A stretch of DNA of 64,000 bases from an uncultured archaeon (GCA_902384555.1 CABMCD010000024.1:15615-79614); one strand, 5' to 3'; numbered from the stretch's first letter, positions 19,522 through 29,039 are shown. Numbers and translations: made by a program. Notes: generated by a model from the sequence alone, not told the origin.

Positions 19522-19604
19522 CGCCGAGGATGGGATTTGAACCCATAATCCCGTGAGGGATCAGTTTTCAAGACTGACGCACTACCAGGTTATGCGACCT
19601 CGGC
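19522..19604 (-). tRNA. tRNA-Ser(TGA)
   Basis: GCCGAGG acceptor, anticodon arm TCAGT-CTTGAAA-ACTGA, long variable arm. Confidence 0.93.
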
Positions 19605-19653
19605 GAAAAGCTATGAAAAAAGAGATTTAATAATCGCCCGTTTCGGGCCTTTT

Positions 19654-19986
19654 CTAATATACCCGAATCAGCGAGCAGTCCGGCCTCAGTTCGACGAAGT
19701 GGGTGGAATTGCGCCGGTAGGCCGAGCACTGGTTTTCGGGCAGGTCGTCCACCGCCTGGCGCGGCTCATGCGCCACGTCGCACACCCATTGGGGCGCGGC
19801 GAGGATGGGGTTGAGCAGGCAGGGGCCCGGCTCGAGCGAAGTTCCGGAGTCGCGGGCCTGCCGGCAGGCTTGGATGCACGACACCACCGGGTCGGTTTCG
19901 CCGGCCGGGGGCGGGCTTGTGGCCGTGCAGCCGGAGAGGGCAAACAGGAGAACGAGCGCGGATGAGAGGGCCAGCAGGCGCAGCAT
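19654..19986 (-). CDS. Cys-rich lipoprotein
   Basis: Lipobox LSGC; GPCL..P...WVCDVAHEPR...PENQC..Y domain. Confidence 0.75.
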   Translation of the reverse strand: MLRLLALSSALVLLFALSGCTATSPPPAGETDPVVSCIQACRQARDSGTSLEPGPCLLNPILAAPQWVCDVAHEPRQAVDDLPENQCSAYRRNSTHFVELRPDCSLIRVY

Positions 19987-20011
19987 GGGCAGATGAAAAC
20001 AAGAGAGCCAA

Positions 20012-20386
20012 TTAAATCTTTTTGATTGGGCGGGCATCGAGCTGGACGGCCAGCACTTCGGAGGCCGAGGCTTCGGGCACCACCACCGGCTCGTCGGCCA
20101 GTTCCACCCAGGCGTTCACGACGGGGGCGGGCGGGCGGAGCGGCAGGGCCACGGGCGCAAAAGCCTGAAGATGCGAGGAAGCGGAAATCACGGCCGACTC
20201 GGACGGGGGCGCGAAGGCCGGCTTGTCCGCAAGGGGCGTGGAGATGTCGGCCGGGAGGGCGGCCGGCAGGACGGACGCTTCCGGCGTCGGGAATGGAACC
20301 GGCTCGGGCGCCAAGCGGTCAGAGGAGGGGGCCTCGGCGCGGCCGGAAATCTCGATGGATTTGGGATAGAAGTTCAGCAGGTGCAT
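20012..20386 (-). CDS. Pro/Ala-rich hypothetical protein
   Basis: Low-complexity ORF with a TATA-like element about 25 nt upstream. Confidence 0.45.
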   Translation of the reverse strand: MHLLNFYPKSIEISGRAEAPSSDRLAPEPVPFPTPEASVLPAALPADISTPLADKPAFAPPSESAVISASSHLQAFAPVALPLRPPAPVVNAWVELADEPVVVPEASASEVLAVQLDARPIKKI

Positions 20387-20511
20387 ACGGGCCGGATATG
20401 CGATTTTCAAGGATATAAGGGTTGGGCGGTTTTCTTGCGCAAAATGGATAAATGGAAAAGAAAATAGGCAAAAAACGTCAATATGGAGGATAAAAATAGT
20501 AAAAATAAATT

Positions 20512-20584
20512 CGCCTTGGCTGGGATTCGAACCCAGGTTACCGCCGTGACAGGGCAGAGTGCTGGACCACTACACTACCAAGGC
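20512..20584 (-). tRNA. tRNA-Asp(GTC)
   Basis: GCCTTGG acceptor, anticodon loop CTGTCAC, T-loop GTTCGAATC. Confidence 0.95.
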
Positions 20585-20648
20585 AACGATAGCGTGCAAG
20601 ATATGTGAGATTGAATTTTTAAATCCGTCAGGGGAGCCGTCTTGGGTT

Positions 20649-21449
20649 TCAGCGGCGGCGGGCGGGTTTTCGAAGCGGTTTTTTTCGGCCCCTTGGGAGG
20701 GCGGCGCGCGTTTTCGCGGGCCGGGGCCGGGAGCGGGATTTTACGGCGGAGGCCGGAATTTCCCCGCCTGATTTGGCCTTTTCCTCCAAGGCGGTGCCCA
20801 GCAAATCCAGGCTGGTGGAAACCAGGCCCGTCTTGCTCGCGCCCCCGCCGCGCGGATGGAAATCGATTTCGACCTCCTCGATGCGCGCGCCGCCCGCCTG
20901 CGCCTGGCGGATGAGCTGCACGTCCATGCCCCAGTCGTTCGCCGTGAGGTGGAGCTTGGGCAGCAGCGAGGCGCGCAGGGCCTTCATGCCGCTCTGCGGG
21001 TCGGACACCGGCAGGCCGAGCATGCCGCGGCCCAAATGCACGAAGGCGCGCGAGGCGAGGCGGCGCACGGAATGGTCGGCCCACGCCACGCGCCGGCGCG
21101 AGACGGCCAAATCCGCGCCGCGCTCGACGCGGCGCATGAGCTTGGGCAAATCGGACGGGGCGTATTGCAAATCGCCGTCCAAAAAGGCGATGAATCGCCC
21201 GAGCGCGCGGGCGAAGGCGCGGCGCAGCGCCAGCCCCTTGCCGGACGGAACGTCGAGCAGGAAGAGGCGCGGATGAATGCGGACGGCCTCGATGAAGACG
21301 TCGCGGGTGTGGTCGGTGCTGCCGCCGTCCACGACCAGCACCTCGCAGCGCTGGATTTCGGGAAGAAGATAGAGGCGCTCAAGCAGGCGGCCCAGGGTGG
21401 AGCCTTCGTTGAGCACCGGCACCACGATGGTCCATGCAACGTCGGCCAT
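20649..21449 (-). CDS. Glycosyltransferase family 2 (dolichol-phosphate glycosyltransferase-like)
   Basis: VVPVLNE, VDGGSTD, GKGLA, LDGDLQY and DPQSGMKA. Confidence 0.9.
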   Translation of the reverse strand: MADVAWTIVVPVLNEGSTLGRLLERLYLLPEIQRCEVLVVDGGSTDHTRDVFIEAVRIHPRLFLLDVPSGKGLALRRAFARALGRFIAFLDGDLQYAPSDLPKLMRRVERGADLAVSRRRVAWADHSVRRLASRAFVHLGRGMLGLPVSDPQSGMKALRASLLPKLHLTANDWGMDVQLIRQAQAGGARIEEVEIDFHPRGGGASKTGLVSTSLDLLGTALEEKAKSGGEIPASAVKSRSRPRPAKTRAALPRGRKKPLRKPARRR

Positions 21450-21477
21450 GATGAGAAACCTTTTTTGGAAAATTAAA

Positions 21478-21609
21478 TCCCGCGAGTGTGATTTGAACAC
21501 ACAACATCCTGATATCTGCCAGAACCATCTCTGCCAGACTTGGATTGCAACACAATCGTTGCGGCGCACATCTACAGCCAGGCGCTCTACCAAGTTGAGC
21601 TATCGCGGG
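21478..21609 (-). tRNA. tRNA-Tyr(GTA) with 58-nt intron at 37/38 (intron 21514-21571)
   Basis: CCCGCGA acceptor, CCTGG-CTGTAG|intron|A-TCAGG; BHB-like pairing CUGU/GCAG with AGA and AUA bulges. Confidence 0.92.
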
Positions 21610-21671
21610 AATGAATAGATAAAGGCGAGAAGGCTATTTATATATTGCGCCTGGGGCGGCGAAGAGAAAAA

Positions 21672-23276
21672 CTACAGCGGCAGCATCGGCCCCGGCTCGC
21701 GGCCGCCCTGCGCGCGCTGCAGCAGGGCCTGGCGGCCCGCGCGGGACAGGCGGTAGAACACGAATTTCTTGCCCGGCTGGGCGAGGCGCTCCACGAGGCC
21801 CAGCACGCACAGCTCGTCCAGCTGCTCCACCACCGTGGATTTGCTCTTGTTGAGGCGGTAGGCGATGTCGGTGGGGATGCGCTCGGTGTATTCCAGCTGC
21901 TCCATCAGGGCGAGGCGGCTGTCGGAGAGGTAGATGGGCGGGGCCATTTCAGACTGCGGCATCTGCCCCAGGAGCGTGGGCGGGCGGTAGTAGAACACCA
22001 TGACGCCCATGAAGAAGGCGCCCAGCGCAGCCACGATGGTCGGGGCCACCCACCAAGGCCAGGCGCTGGAGGGAGTGGCCGAAGAGTTTCGCGCGGAAGA
22101 GGAGGAAAGGACGGGCGCGCTGGAAACCGGCTTGGAGGCCGGGGCCGGGGATTTGGAGGCCGGGAGGGCGGAGCCCGCCGCGGGGGAGCCGGAAGTCCCG
22201 GAGGAGGCGCCGGAAGAAGCGCTGCGCTCGCTGCCCGAAGGCGGGGCCGGGGGAGCGGACGGCGCGGAATCCGAAGCGGGCGCGCCGGAACCGCCGGGGG
22301 AATTGTCATGAGAAGGAGCCGGATTGTAAGTGCCCGAAGCGCCGTTGGGCTGGGAAGGGGCCGAACCACCGGCGGGGGGCGAAGACGGGGCGGGCGGGCT
22401 GGAAGGCGGAGATTCGACGGAGGGGAAAGTCGGGGGTGTGGAGGGCGCGGAAGTGGGGGTGGCGGAGGCGGGCGCGCTCGAGGGCGCGGGCGGGGAGGCA
22501 GAAGAGTCGCTGGATGGAATCGATGCCGGGGCAGGCGCGGAAGAACCGCTCGTTGGAGCGGAAGGAGGGGAAATGGAGGGAACCATGACCGCGGGGGCCG
22601 GAGGCGGGGCGGGCGCGGAAGCGGGAGCCACGCTGGGGGGGAGGCCGAGGGCGGAAGAGGACGGATTGCTGCCGCCAGACGAAATAATCATGGCCGAGGC
22701 GGGAAGCGGAGAGGGAGCCGGAACCAGCGGTGCAGTGAGGTCAACGTCCGAATATTCTTGCGAACAATTCCGGCCGCGGCCCCACACCTGCGCCCAGGCG
22801 GCAGAGAGGGTGAAGCCCTCGGCCGAGCCGCGCACGCGCAGTTCGGCGCTCTGTCCATCAGAGGCACGCGTCACGGTGACGCTGGAATTGGGGCAGACTT
22901 GGTAGAGGCCCAAGGAGACATTGTTCTCGTCAAGCACCCCATAGACGCCCTTGAAGAAGCCGCCCGGGTTGGGGCCGGGACAGTCGTAGGCGCTCAGCCA
23001 CTGGGAGTAGCGGGCGGTCCAACCGCCCACTTTGAAGGGCTCGCCGTAGTTCACCAGCATCCAGCCCGGCTGGGTGCAGTAGCCGTCCGCTCCGATGGCC
23101 GGAATCGGGCCCGGAGAGGAGCCGATGCCGGGCGTGCCGGCCGCGTAGACGGGAGAAACCGAAGTGATGCCGGCCAGATTGGAAACCATCGGGCTGTCGC
23201 TGACCGAATAGGGGTCGGCATGAAGGCCGGCCATCAGCCCCAGCAGGAGGAAGGCTAGCCACAGGCGCGAATTCAT
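21672..23276 (-). CDS. Secreted-domain / Pro-Ser linker / TM / C-terminal winged-helix (ArsR-like) protein
   Basis: Signal peptide, Cys-containing domain, long P/S/A linker, TM WPWWVAPTIVAALGAFFMGVMVFYY, then PTDIAYRLNKSKSTVVEQLDELCVLGLVER...FYRLS wHTH. Confidence 0.85.
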   Translation of the reverse strand: MNSRLWLAFLLLGLMAGLHADPYSVSDSPMVSNLAGITSVSPVYAAGTPGIGSSPGPIPAIGADGYCTQPGWMLVNYGEPFKVGGWTARYSQWLSAYDCPGPNPGGFFKGVYGVLDENNVSLGLYQVCPNSSVTVTRASDGQSAELRVRGSAEGFTLSAAWAQVWGRGRNCSQEYSDVDLTAPLVPAPSPLPASAMIISSGGSNPSSSALGLPPSVAPASAPAPPPAPAVMVPSISPPSAPTSGSSAPAPASIPSSDSSASPPAPSSAPASATPTSAPSTPPTFPSVESPPSSPPAPSSPPAGGSAPSQPNGASGTYNPAPSHDNSPGGSGAPASDSAPSAPPAPPSGSERSASSGASSGTSGSPAAGSALPASKSPAPASKPVSSAPVLSSSSARNSSATPSSAWPWWVAPTIVAALGAFFMGVMVFYYRPPTLLGQMPQSEMAPPIYLSDSRLALMEQLEYTERIPTDIAYRLNKSKSTVVEQLDELCVLGLVERLAQPGKKFVFYRLSRAGRQALLQRAQGGREPGPMLPL

Positions 23277-23339
23277 GTAAAAAATTGGAAAAACATAGCT
23301 TAAAGATGGTTCGGTTTTGGTTAGGCCGCGAAAATCGGC

Positions 23340-24437
23340 CTACTTCTGGCCGCCGATGAAATCCTCAACCATCTGCCGCGCCACCGGGTCCGGATGCTGC
23401 ACGGGCGGGTGCTTCATGAAATAGGCCGAAGGCCCCTCCACAATGCCGCCATGGCCGCGGTCCAGCGCAATCTGCGCGCAGCGAATGGCGTCCACCGACA
23501 CGCCGCCCGAATTGGCCTTGTCGTCCACTTCGAGGCGGATTTCCATGTTGAAGGGCCGGTTGGACCACATGCGGCCCTCGATGCGCATGAATCCCAGCTT
23601 CTTGTTGGACAAAAACGGGATGAAATCGGAGGGTCCGATATATATTTTGTCCTCCGCGAGGGGCTTGCGCAGGTTGCTCTGCACGCTGGAGGTCTTGGAA
23701 ATCTTCTTGGAGGCGAGGCGGCCCTGCTCCTTCATGTTCAAGAAATCGGTGTTGCCGCCGACATTAATCTGGTAGGTTGTGTCGATGGCCGCGCCGCGGT
23801 CTTCGGTCAGTTTGGCCAGCGTGCGGTGCACGATGGTGGAGCCCACCTGCGCCTTGATGTCGTCGCCCACGATGGGCAGGCCGGCCTGCTTGAAGCGCTC
23901 GGCCCACAGGGGGTTGGAGGCGATGAAGACGGGCAGGCAGTTGACCATGGCGCACTGGGTGTCCAGCGCCATCTTGGCCCAGTATTCGCACGCTTTTTGG
24001 CTGCCCACCGGCAGGTAGCACAGGAGAATACGCGTGTCGGTCTCCTCGATGTGCTTCTTGATGTCGGCCGTGAGCTGGTCCAGCGGCTTGTTCTTCACCG
24101 GATGCACGCGGTCGAGCACGAAGACGCCCAGGCCGTCCAGCACCGGGGATTCCTGCACCACCACGTCGGTCTTGGGCATGTCCTTGGGGGGCACCCAGTC
24201 CACCTCGTTGGGCTTGGCGTAGGTGGCCTCGTTGAGGTTGCGGCCCACCTTGTTGTCGGCCACGTCGAAGGCCGAAACAAATTCGATGTCGGAGAGCTTG
24301 TAGCCGCCCAACGTCGGGTGCATCAGCCCGGCAGCCTCGTCGATTTTGTGGTGCTTGTAGTATTCCAGGCCCTGATAGAGGCCGGCAAAGCAGTTTCCGG
24401 CGCCAATCACGCCCACTCTGATTTTAGATTTGGCCAT
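23340..24437 (-). CDS. ino1: myo-inositol-1-phosphate synthase
   Basis: GAGNC, YLPVGS, GDDIKAQVGST, GGNTDFLNM, KKISKT and YFMKHPP. Confidence 0.95.
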   Translation of the reverse strand: MAKSKIRVGVIGAGNCFAGLYQGLEYYKHHKIDEAAGLMHPTLGGYKLSDIEFVSAFDVADNKVGRNLNEATYAKPNEVDWVPPKDMPKTDVVVQESPVLDGLGVFVLDRVHPVKNKPLDQLTADIKKHIEETDTRILLCYLPVGSQKACEYWAKMALDTQCAMVNCLPVFIASNPLWAERFKQAGLPIVGDDIKAQVGSTIVHRTLAKLTEDRGAAIDTTYQINVGGNTDFLNMKEQGRLASKKISKTSSVQSNLRKPLAEDKIYIGPSDFIPFLSNKKLGFMRIEGRMWSNRPFNMEIRLEVDDKANSGGVSVDAIRCAQIALDRGHGGIVEGPSAYFMKHPPVQHPDPVARQMVEDFIGGQK

Positions 24438-24457
24438 ATGAACACCCCGATGAATGT

Positions 24458-25624
24458 TTATATGGAAGTAAAATAGTTATATGGAATTAAAATAGTATTC
24501 CCAAAAGCCGGAGTGCGCCCGCACGGGACGGGCGCGAAGAGGGCCGCGGCGGCGGGAGGGGGAATCGGGCCACGGCCAGAACGGATGGGCCCGCCGTAGG
24601 CCGCATCGAGGGCGTCTGCCGGAAGCCGCAGCGGGAATTCGATGGAGAAAATGGTCGGATTCTGCCGGGAGAGGATGCGGATGGACGCGCCGGGCGTGCG
24701 GCCGACGATTTCCACGGTGTCCGCCAGCCCCTGTCCCGTGGAATCGATGCGGTTGTCGTTTTCCACGCCCCGCACGAAGGCCCGGGAAGCCTCCAATTCG
24801 CTCATGCCGACGCCGTCGTCCTGCACCATAAGCCGCGCGCGGCCGCCCTGCGAAACGACGGACACCACGACCTCCTTGCGCGCATACTTGAAGGCATTGG
24901 AAAGAAGGTTGCCCAGAGCGATTTCGAACAGCATCGGGTCCGCCAAGACAGGGCAGACCGGAAGGGGGGAGGGCACGTCGAGGCGGATGCGGACGCGGGA
25001 GCGGGAGGGGACGTAACGCTCGACCACCCGCTGGGCCATCTCCACCAAGTCGGCTGGAAAGAGCCGCGGCACATAGCCGTTGCCGGAAAGCTGGCGGAAG
25101 AACTGCAGACGCGCATACTGGGCGGAAACGCTCTTCTCCGTCGTGCTTATGAATTGCAAATCAGCCGCAAGGCAGTCGGGATGGGAGGCCATTGGAAAAC
25201 CGTTCGAGAGCAGGTAGTTGTGCAAAAGCGCGTAATCGGAGGAGCGGGGGGCCGAAACAGGCTCCGAGGCAATGGACTGCAAGCGCAATTGAAGGCTCTG
25301 GGTCTGGACAAGGAATTTGTGGATGGCGGCTTCCATGTCCCGGACAAGCGCGTCGGAGGGTAGAACGGAATATTGGCGGTATTTTTCGGCCAGAATAAGG
25401 TATTGTCTCTGAATAGCCTTGACCTCGTCGAATGGAAGGGCGCAGATGTTGTTGCTGAACATGCAGATGGCCCCTTTGAGGGAGTGCAGCGTGACGCCCT
25501 GAATCTTGGAGGTCGAGTAGGGCAGGACCAGGCCGGACACGCCAGACGCCGATTCCACCACAGGCAGGCTGCGCGGGGGGACACGTGCAGATGTCGGATT
25601 AAGGACACGCAGGTATAATTTCAT
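24458..25624 (-). CDS. Orphan histidine kinase-like GHKL ATPase
   Basis: N-box NLLSNAFKY, G1 DDGVG, G2 STGQGL; no clear H-box or TM. Confidence 0.75.
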   Translation of the reverse strand: MKLYLRVLNPTSARVPPRSLPVVESASGVSGLVLPYSTSKIQGVTLHSLKGAICMFSNNICALPFDEVKAIQRQYLILAEKYRQYSVLPSDALVRDMEAAIHKFLVQTQSLQLRLQSIASEPVSAPRSSDYALLHNYLLSNGFPMASHPDCLAADLQFISTTEKSVSAQYARLQFFRQLSGNGYVPRLFPADLVEMAQRVVERYVPSRSRVRIRLDVPSPLPVCPVLADPMLFEIALGNLLSNAFKYARKEVVVSVVSQGGRARLMVQDDGVGMSELEASRAFVRGVENDNRIDSTGQGLADTVEIVGRTPGASIRILSRQNPTIFSIEFPLRLPADALDAAYGGPIRSGRGPIPPPAAAALFAPVPCGRTPAFGNTILIPYNYFTSI

Positions 25625-25644
25625 GAATAATCCACGTTTTTCTT

Positions 25645-25681
25645 TTTTATATGACAAATATACGTATTTTGACATATAAAA
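25645..25681. promoter_or_regulatory. 37-bp imperfect AT-rich palindrome upstream of the kinase-like gene
   Basis: TTTTATATGACAAATATACGTATTTTGACATATAAAA is nearly self-complementary. Confidence 0.6.
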
Positions 25682-25708
25682 GAATATCCCTGCGCCAAAA
25701 GCGGCACA

Positions 25709-27451
25709 TCAAGACAGGGTTTTGCCCATATACGGCCCGTCGCGCGAATAGCCCAGCTTTTCGTAGTAGGGCCGCACGCCCACGCCGGAGATAATGACCA
25801 TGTTGTCGCGGCCGGCATCTTGCGCGATTTCCTCGGCGCGGGCGAGCAGGGATTTGCCCAATCCGGCGTGCTGCACTTTGATGCCGCCTTTCGCTTCCTT
25901 TCCGATTTCCACTTCCTGCCCATAGACGTGCAGCTCGCGGATAAGGGCGGTTGAGGGGGTGATTTCTTTTCGGTGGCTTTCGGGGGGCAGGCGAAGCCGC
26001 ACAAACCCGGCGAGAAGGTCTTGCTCCACGTCCTCGAACGAGAGAAAATATTCAAGCCCGCCAGACGCTTCGTATTTCCGCTCCACCAGCTCAAGCGAGA
26101 GGGGTTTTGCTTTTTTCTTTTTTTCTGCGGCCTCGGCTTTCGCTTTGCGCCCCGTGGTGGGCGCGCCGCTCCGTTGGTTGCGCTGGGCGGAAAACACCTC
26201 GCGGCAGCGGATGCAGCGGCAGTGGAGCCCGCGCGCGTCCAGCTCGCGCACCACCATCTGGTGCAGGTTGCCCGCCTTGACGCCGGCGGCGATGAGGTTG
26301 GCCGGAATGTCGCGCTGCATGCGCATCACGCGCACCCAGGGGGGGAAGGAGGCGGTCGCCTCCACGATGCGCTCCACCGCCTCTTCGGCCTCGATGGGCT
26401 CGAATCGTCCGGCCTTCCACTCCTTGAACAATTCAGTGCCCGGCATCACCAAACAGGGATAGAGTTTCAGCATGTCGGGGCAATAGGCGGGATTGGTGAA
26501 AAGCTCGGAGAGCATGGATACGTCTTTCTTTCGGTCCGCATACAAGCCCGGCATGAAGTGGTAGCCGACCTTGAAGGCCGCGTTTTTGAGGTCGGCCGTG
26601 GTGGCCCGCACGCGCGCAGTGTCGTGCCCTCTTTTCACCTTGAGCAGCACCTGCTCGTCCAAACTCTGCACGCCCAGCTCCACGCGCGTGGCGCCCCAGG
26701 AGAGCATTTCGTCGATTTGGGAGCGCGAGCACCAGTCGGGGCGGGTTTCCACCGTCAGGCCGATGACGCGGTGATGGGAAGACTCGTTGAGCCGCTGCGC
26801 GGCCTCGAGCGAGGAGGCCGGGGCGCTTTTTTGGCCGCCTATTCCCCCATTCATCGCATCATAGCAGTCTTTCACGAATTGGTTGCGGTAATCCTTTGGC
26901 ACGGCCAAAAACGTGCCGCCCATCAGAATCAGCTCGCACTTGTCGGCCGGCTGGCCGAGCGCCTCGTATTGGGTGAGGCGGGCAGCGATTTGCCGTCCCG
27001 CGTCGAACTCGTTTTGAATCGCGCGCCGTGTGGCGGGCTCGAAGCCCGTGTAGGCCTTGGGCGCGAACATCACGCGGCGCTGGCCGGGGGCCGGGCCGGG
27101 AAGCGCATAACCCGGGGCCGCGGCCTCCCCATCCACCTCTTTTATCGCCGTGGGGCAGTAGGTGCATTTTCCGGGGCAGGGGAAGGGCTTGGGCATCAGC
27201 GCAATGGGCGTCACGCCCGAAGCGGTGCGGGTGAGGCGCGTGCGCAAAAGGGAAACCAGCTTCTGCGTGCGCCGCGCCGCGGGCAGGGCGGAGAGCAGGG
27301 CGGAATTCTGGGGAATGCGGGGCAGACCCAACTTCACGGCCCAGTGCACCTTGAGGGACTGGATGTCGGGGGATTTGGTTTTCGATTTCTCCAGCGCGTC
27401 GGCTATCGCAAGGGCGAAAGCCTCCAACGTGGGGGGAGAAGCGGGTTTCAT
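25709..27451 (-). CDS. elp3: Elp3 tRNA uridine(34) acetyltransferase (radical SAM + GNAT)
   Basis: CPGKCTYCP, MGGTF, ETRPDW, CRCIRCRE, IRELHVYG, QHAGLG and ISGVGVRPYY. Confidence 0.96.
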   Translation of the reverse strand: MKPASPPTLEAFALAIADALEKSKTKSPDIQSLKVHWAVKLGLPRIPQNSALLSALPAARRTQKLVSLLRTRLTRTASGVTPIALMPKPFPCPGKCTYCPTAIKEVDGEAAAPGYALPGPAPGQRRVMFAPKAYTGFEPATRRAIQNEFDAGRQIAARLTQYEALGQPADKCELILMGGTFLAVPKDYRNQFVKDCYDAMNGGIGGQKSAPASSLEAAQRLNESSHHRVIGLTVETRPDWCSRSQIDEMLSWGATRVELGVQSLDEQVLLKVKRGHDTARVRATTADLKNAAFKVGYHFMPGLYADRKKDVSMLSELFTNPAYCPDMLKLYPCLVMPGTELFKEWKAGRFEPIEAEEAVERIVEATASFPPWVRVMRMQRDIPANLIAAGVKAGNLHQMVVRELDARGLHCRCIRCREVFSAQRNQRSGAPTTGRKAKAEAAEKKKKAKPLSLELVERKYEASGGLEYFLSFEDVEQDLLAGFVRLRLPPESHRKEITPSTALIRELHVYGQEVEIGKEAKGGIKVQHAGLGKSLLARAEEIAQDAGRDNMVIISGVGVRPYYEKLGYSRDGPYMGKTLS

Positions 27452-27530
27452 TGGATAAATTAGGAAAGAAAGGGAATAAGAAGAAGAGGGACGGGTTGAA
27501 GAAAGGGAATAAGAAAAAGGAAGTTCGCGC

Positions 27531-28358
27531 TCAGGGAACGATCAGGCCCAGAATGCCGGCCATGGAGTACACCGGCAGCATCACGGGCGGATAGAGCAGC
27601 ACGCCGTGCGACGTGGCGCGGTAGTCGGCCCCCAAGTTGGTGCGCACCTGCAGCGATACGGGCTGCTCGAAATGGATTTGGGGCGAGGAGAAGGACTGCA
27701 CGCTGATTGACATGGGATAATAGGCCTCGTCCGTGCCCACCACCTCGTAGTTGAAGGACTTGGACTCGCCGGGCGCGAGGTATTCGTTGGTCTGGTACGA
27801 CCAGCCCTTGACGCCCTGCGCGCTGACGCGGAAGGTGTCCGGCGCGGTGGCGAGGTTGGTGAGGGTGATGGTGAAGCGCGCCGGCTGGCCGGCCCCCACT
27901 TCCTGCGAAAGCGGGCTGACCCGGGCATCCAGCACGTGGGTGCTCACGTGCACCATCACCGTGAAGCTGACGCGGCCGCCGATGTGGTCGGCGCTGTCCT
28001 GGTCATCCACATTGACGCTGAAATTGTAGTCGCCCTCGGAGGCGAGGGGGTCCACCGTCACTTCCAGTTCAATGGGATTGCCATACTGCCCGCTGGGCCT
28101 CGAGCTCCAGCCGGCCGGCAGGTCGGAGACGCTGGCCATGTCCCAGCGGCCCAGATAGCGGCCGCTGGAAGCGTCGGTGACGATGGGGTAGATTTGGATG
28201 GAAAAGGTCTGGCCCGGCCCCACGGTGCCATAATCCAGCTGGCTGCCCTCGACCACGTGGGTTTGGGGCACCAGCAGCTGAATCGGCTGGGCGGCCGCGA
28301 AAAGGGCGGCCGGCATCAGGGCAACGAGCAGAAGGACGGAAAGGCAGGAAAGGCGCAT
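27531..28358 (-). CDS. Secreted/surface protein with Ig-like repeats
   Basis: Signal peptide, two beta-sandwich-like repeats (VGPGQTF / VGAGQPARF), hydrophobic C-terminus. Confidence 0.75.
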   Translation of the reverse strand: MRLSCLSVLLLVALMPAALFAAAQPIQLLVPQTHVVEGSQLDYGTVGPGQTFSIQIYPIVTDASSGRYLGRWDMASVSDLPAGWSSRPSGQYGNPIELEVTVDPLASEGDYNFSVNVDDQDSADHIGGRVSFTVMVHVSTHVLDARVSPLSQEVGAGQPARFTITLTNLATAPDTFRVSAQGVKGWSYQTNEYLAPGESKSFNYEVVGTDEAYYPMSISVQSFSSPQIHFEQPVSLQVRTNLGADYRATSHGVLLYPPVMLPVYSMAGILGLIVP

Positions 28359-28409
28359 AGGCCGGCACAGGCATCTAAACAATAAAAACATTGCTGGGAA
28401 GAGGACGCC

Positions 28410-29039
28410 ATGCGCCTTTTCATCGCCCTCGTGCCTCCGGCGGAAATTTTGGAGGATTTGAAGAACGTGCAGGCGGAAATGGCGGGAGGCCAAACCCGGC
28501 CTTCCGCTTCCGCCCAGGCGGGTTGGGACCGGCAGACCGGCACGCTTCTCGTGCGGCGCAGTCCGTGGAAAGCGTCCGGCCCTGAGCAGCTGCACCTCAC
28601 CCTGCAATTTTTGGGCGACGACATCAACCTGCACCGCAAGGAGGAGATAAGAAAAAAGCTGCAGGAAGTGGGGCCCCGCCACGTCCCGTTTGAAATAAAG
28701 CCGGCCGGAATGGGGGCTTTTCCGTCCCCCGCCCGCGCGTCGGTGGTATGGGCCGGCGTGCAGGGGGCCGGGTTGGAGGGTTTGGCGCAGGACCTCGCGT
28801 CCGCCCTCTCGTCATTGGGCATCCGCCGCGACAAGCCCTTCTCGCCGCACATCACGCTTCTTAGAAGCAAAATCCCCCAAAGCGCGCAGGAAATGATGAA
28901 GCCGATGGCCGGGCGGGCATGGAGCGAAAAAAACTGGGTGGCCGGGGAGTTCGTGCTGTTTGAGAGCCATGCGGCTCTGGGCGGGCGCGAGCATATCCAG
29001 GTGCAGAAATACCCATTGGGCGGGGATGGGGAAAAATAA
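28410..29039 (+). CDS. thpR: RNA 2',3'-cyclic phosphodiesterase (2H family)
   Basis: MRLFIAL, HLTLQFLG and PHITL 2H motifs. Confidence 0.92.
   Translation: MRLFIALVPPAEILEDLKNVQAEMAGGQTRPSASAQAGWDRQTGTLLVRRSPWKASGPEQLHLTLQFLGDDINLHRKEEIRKKLQEVGPRHVPFEIKPAGMGAFPSPARASVVWAGVQGAGLEGLAQDLASALSSLGIRRDKPFSPHITLLRSKIPQSAQEMMKPMAGRAWSEKNWVAGEFVLFESHAALGGREHIQVQKYPLGGDGEK

Noticed and set aside
19522-19604. Possible tRNA-Sec because of TGA and a long variable arm
   Set aside because: The anticodon is UGA, which reads the Ser codon UCA; tRNA-Sec would need anticodon UCA and an extended acceptor stem.
21990-22740. GC-rich low-complexity tract resembling a DNA repeat
   Set aside because: Explained by the Pro/Ser/Ala linker of the membrane wHTH protein.
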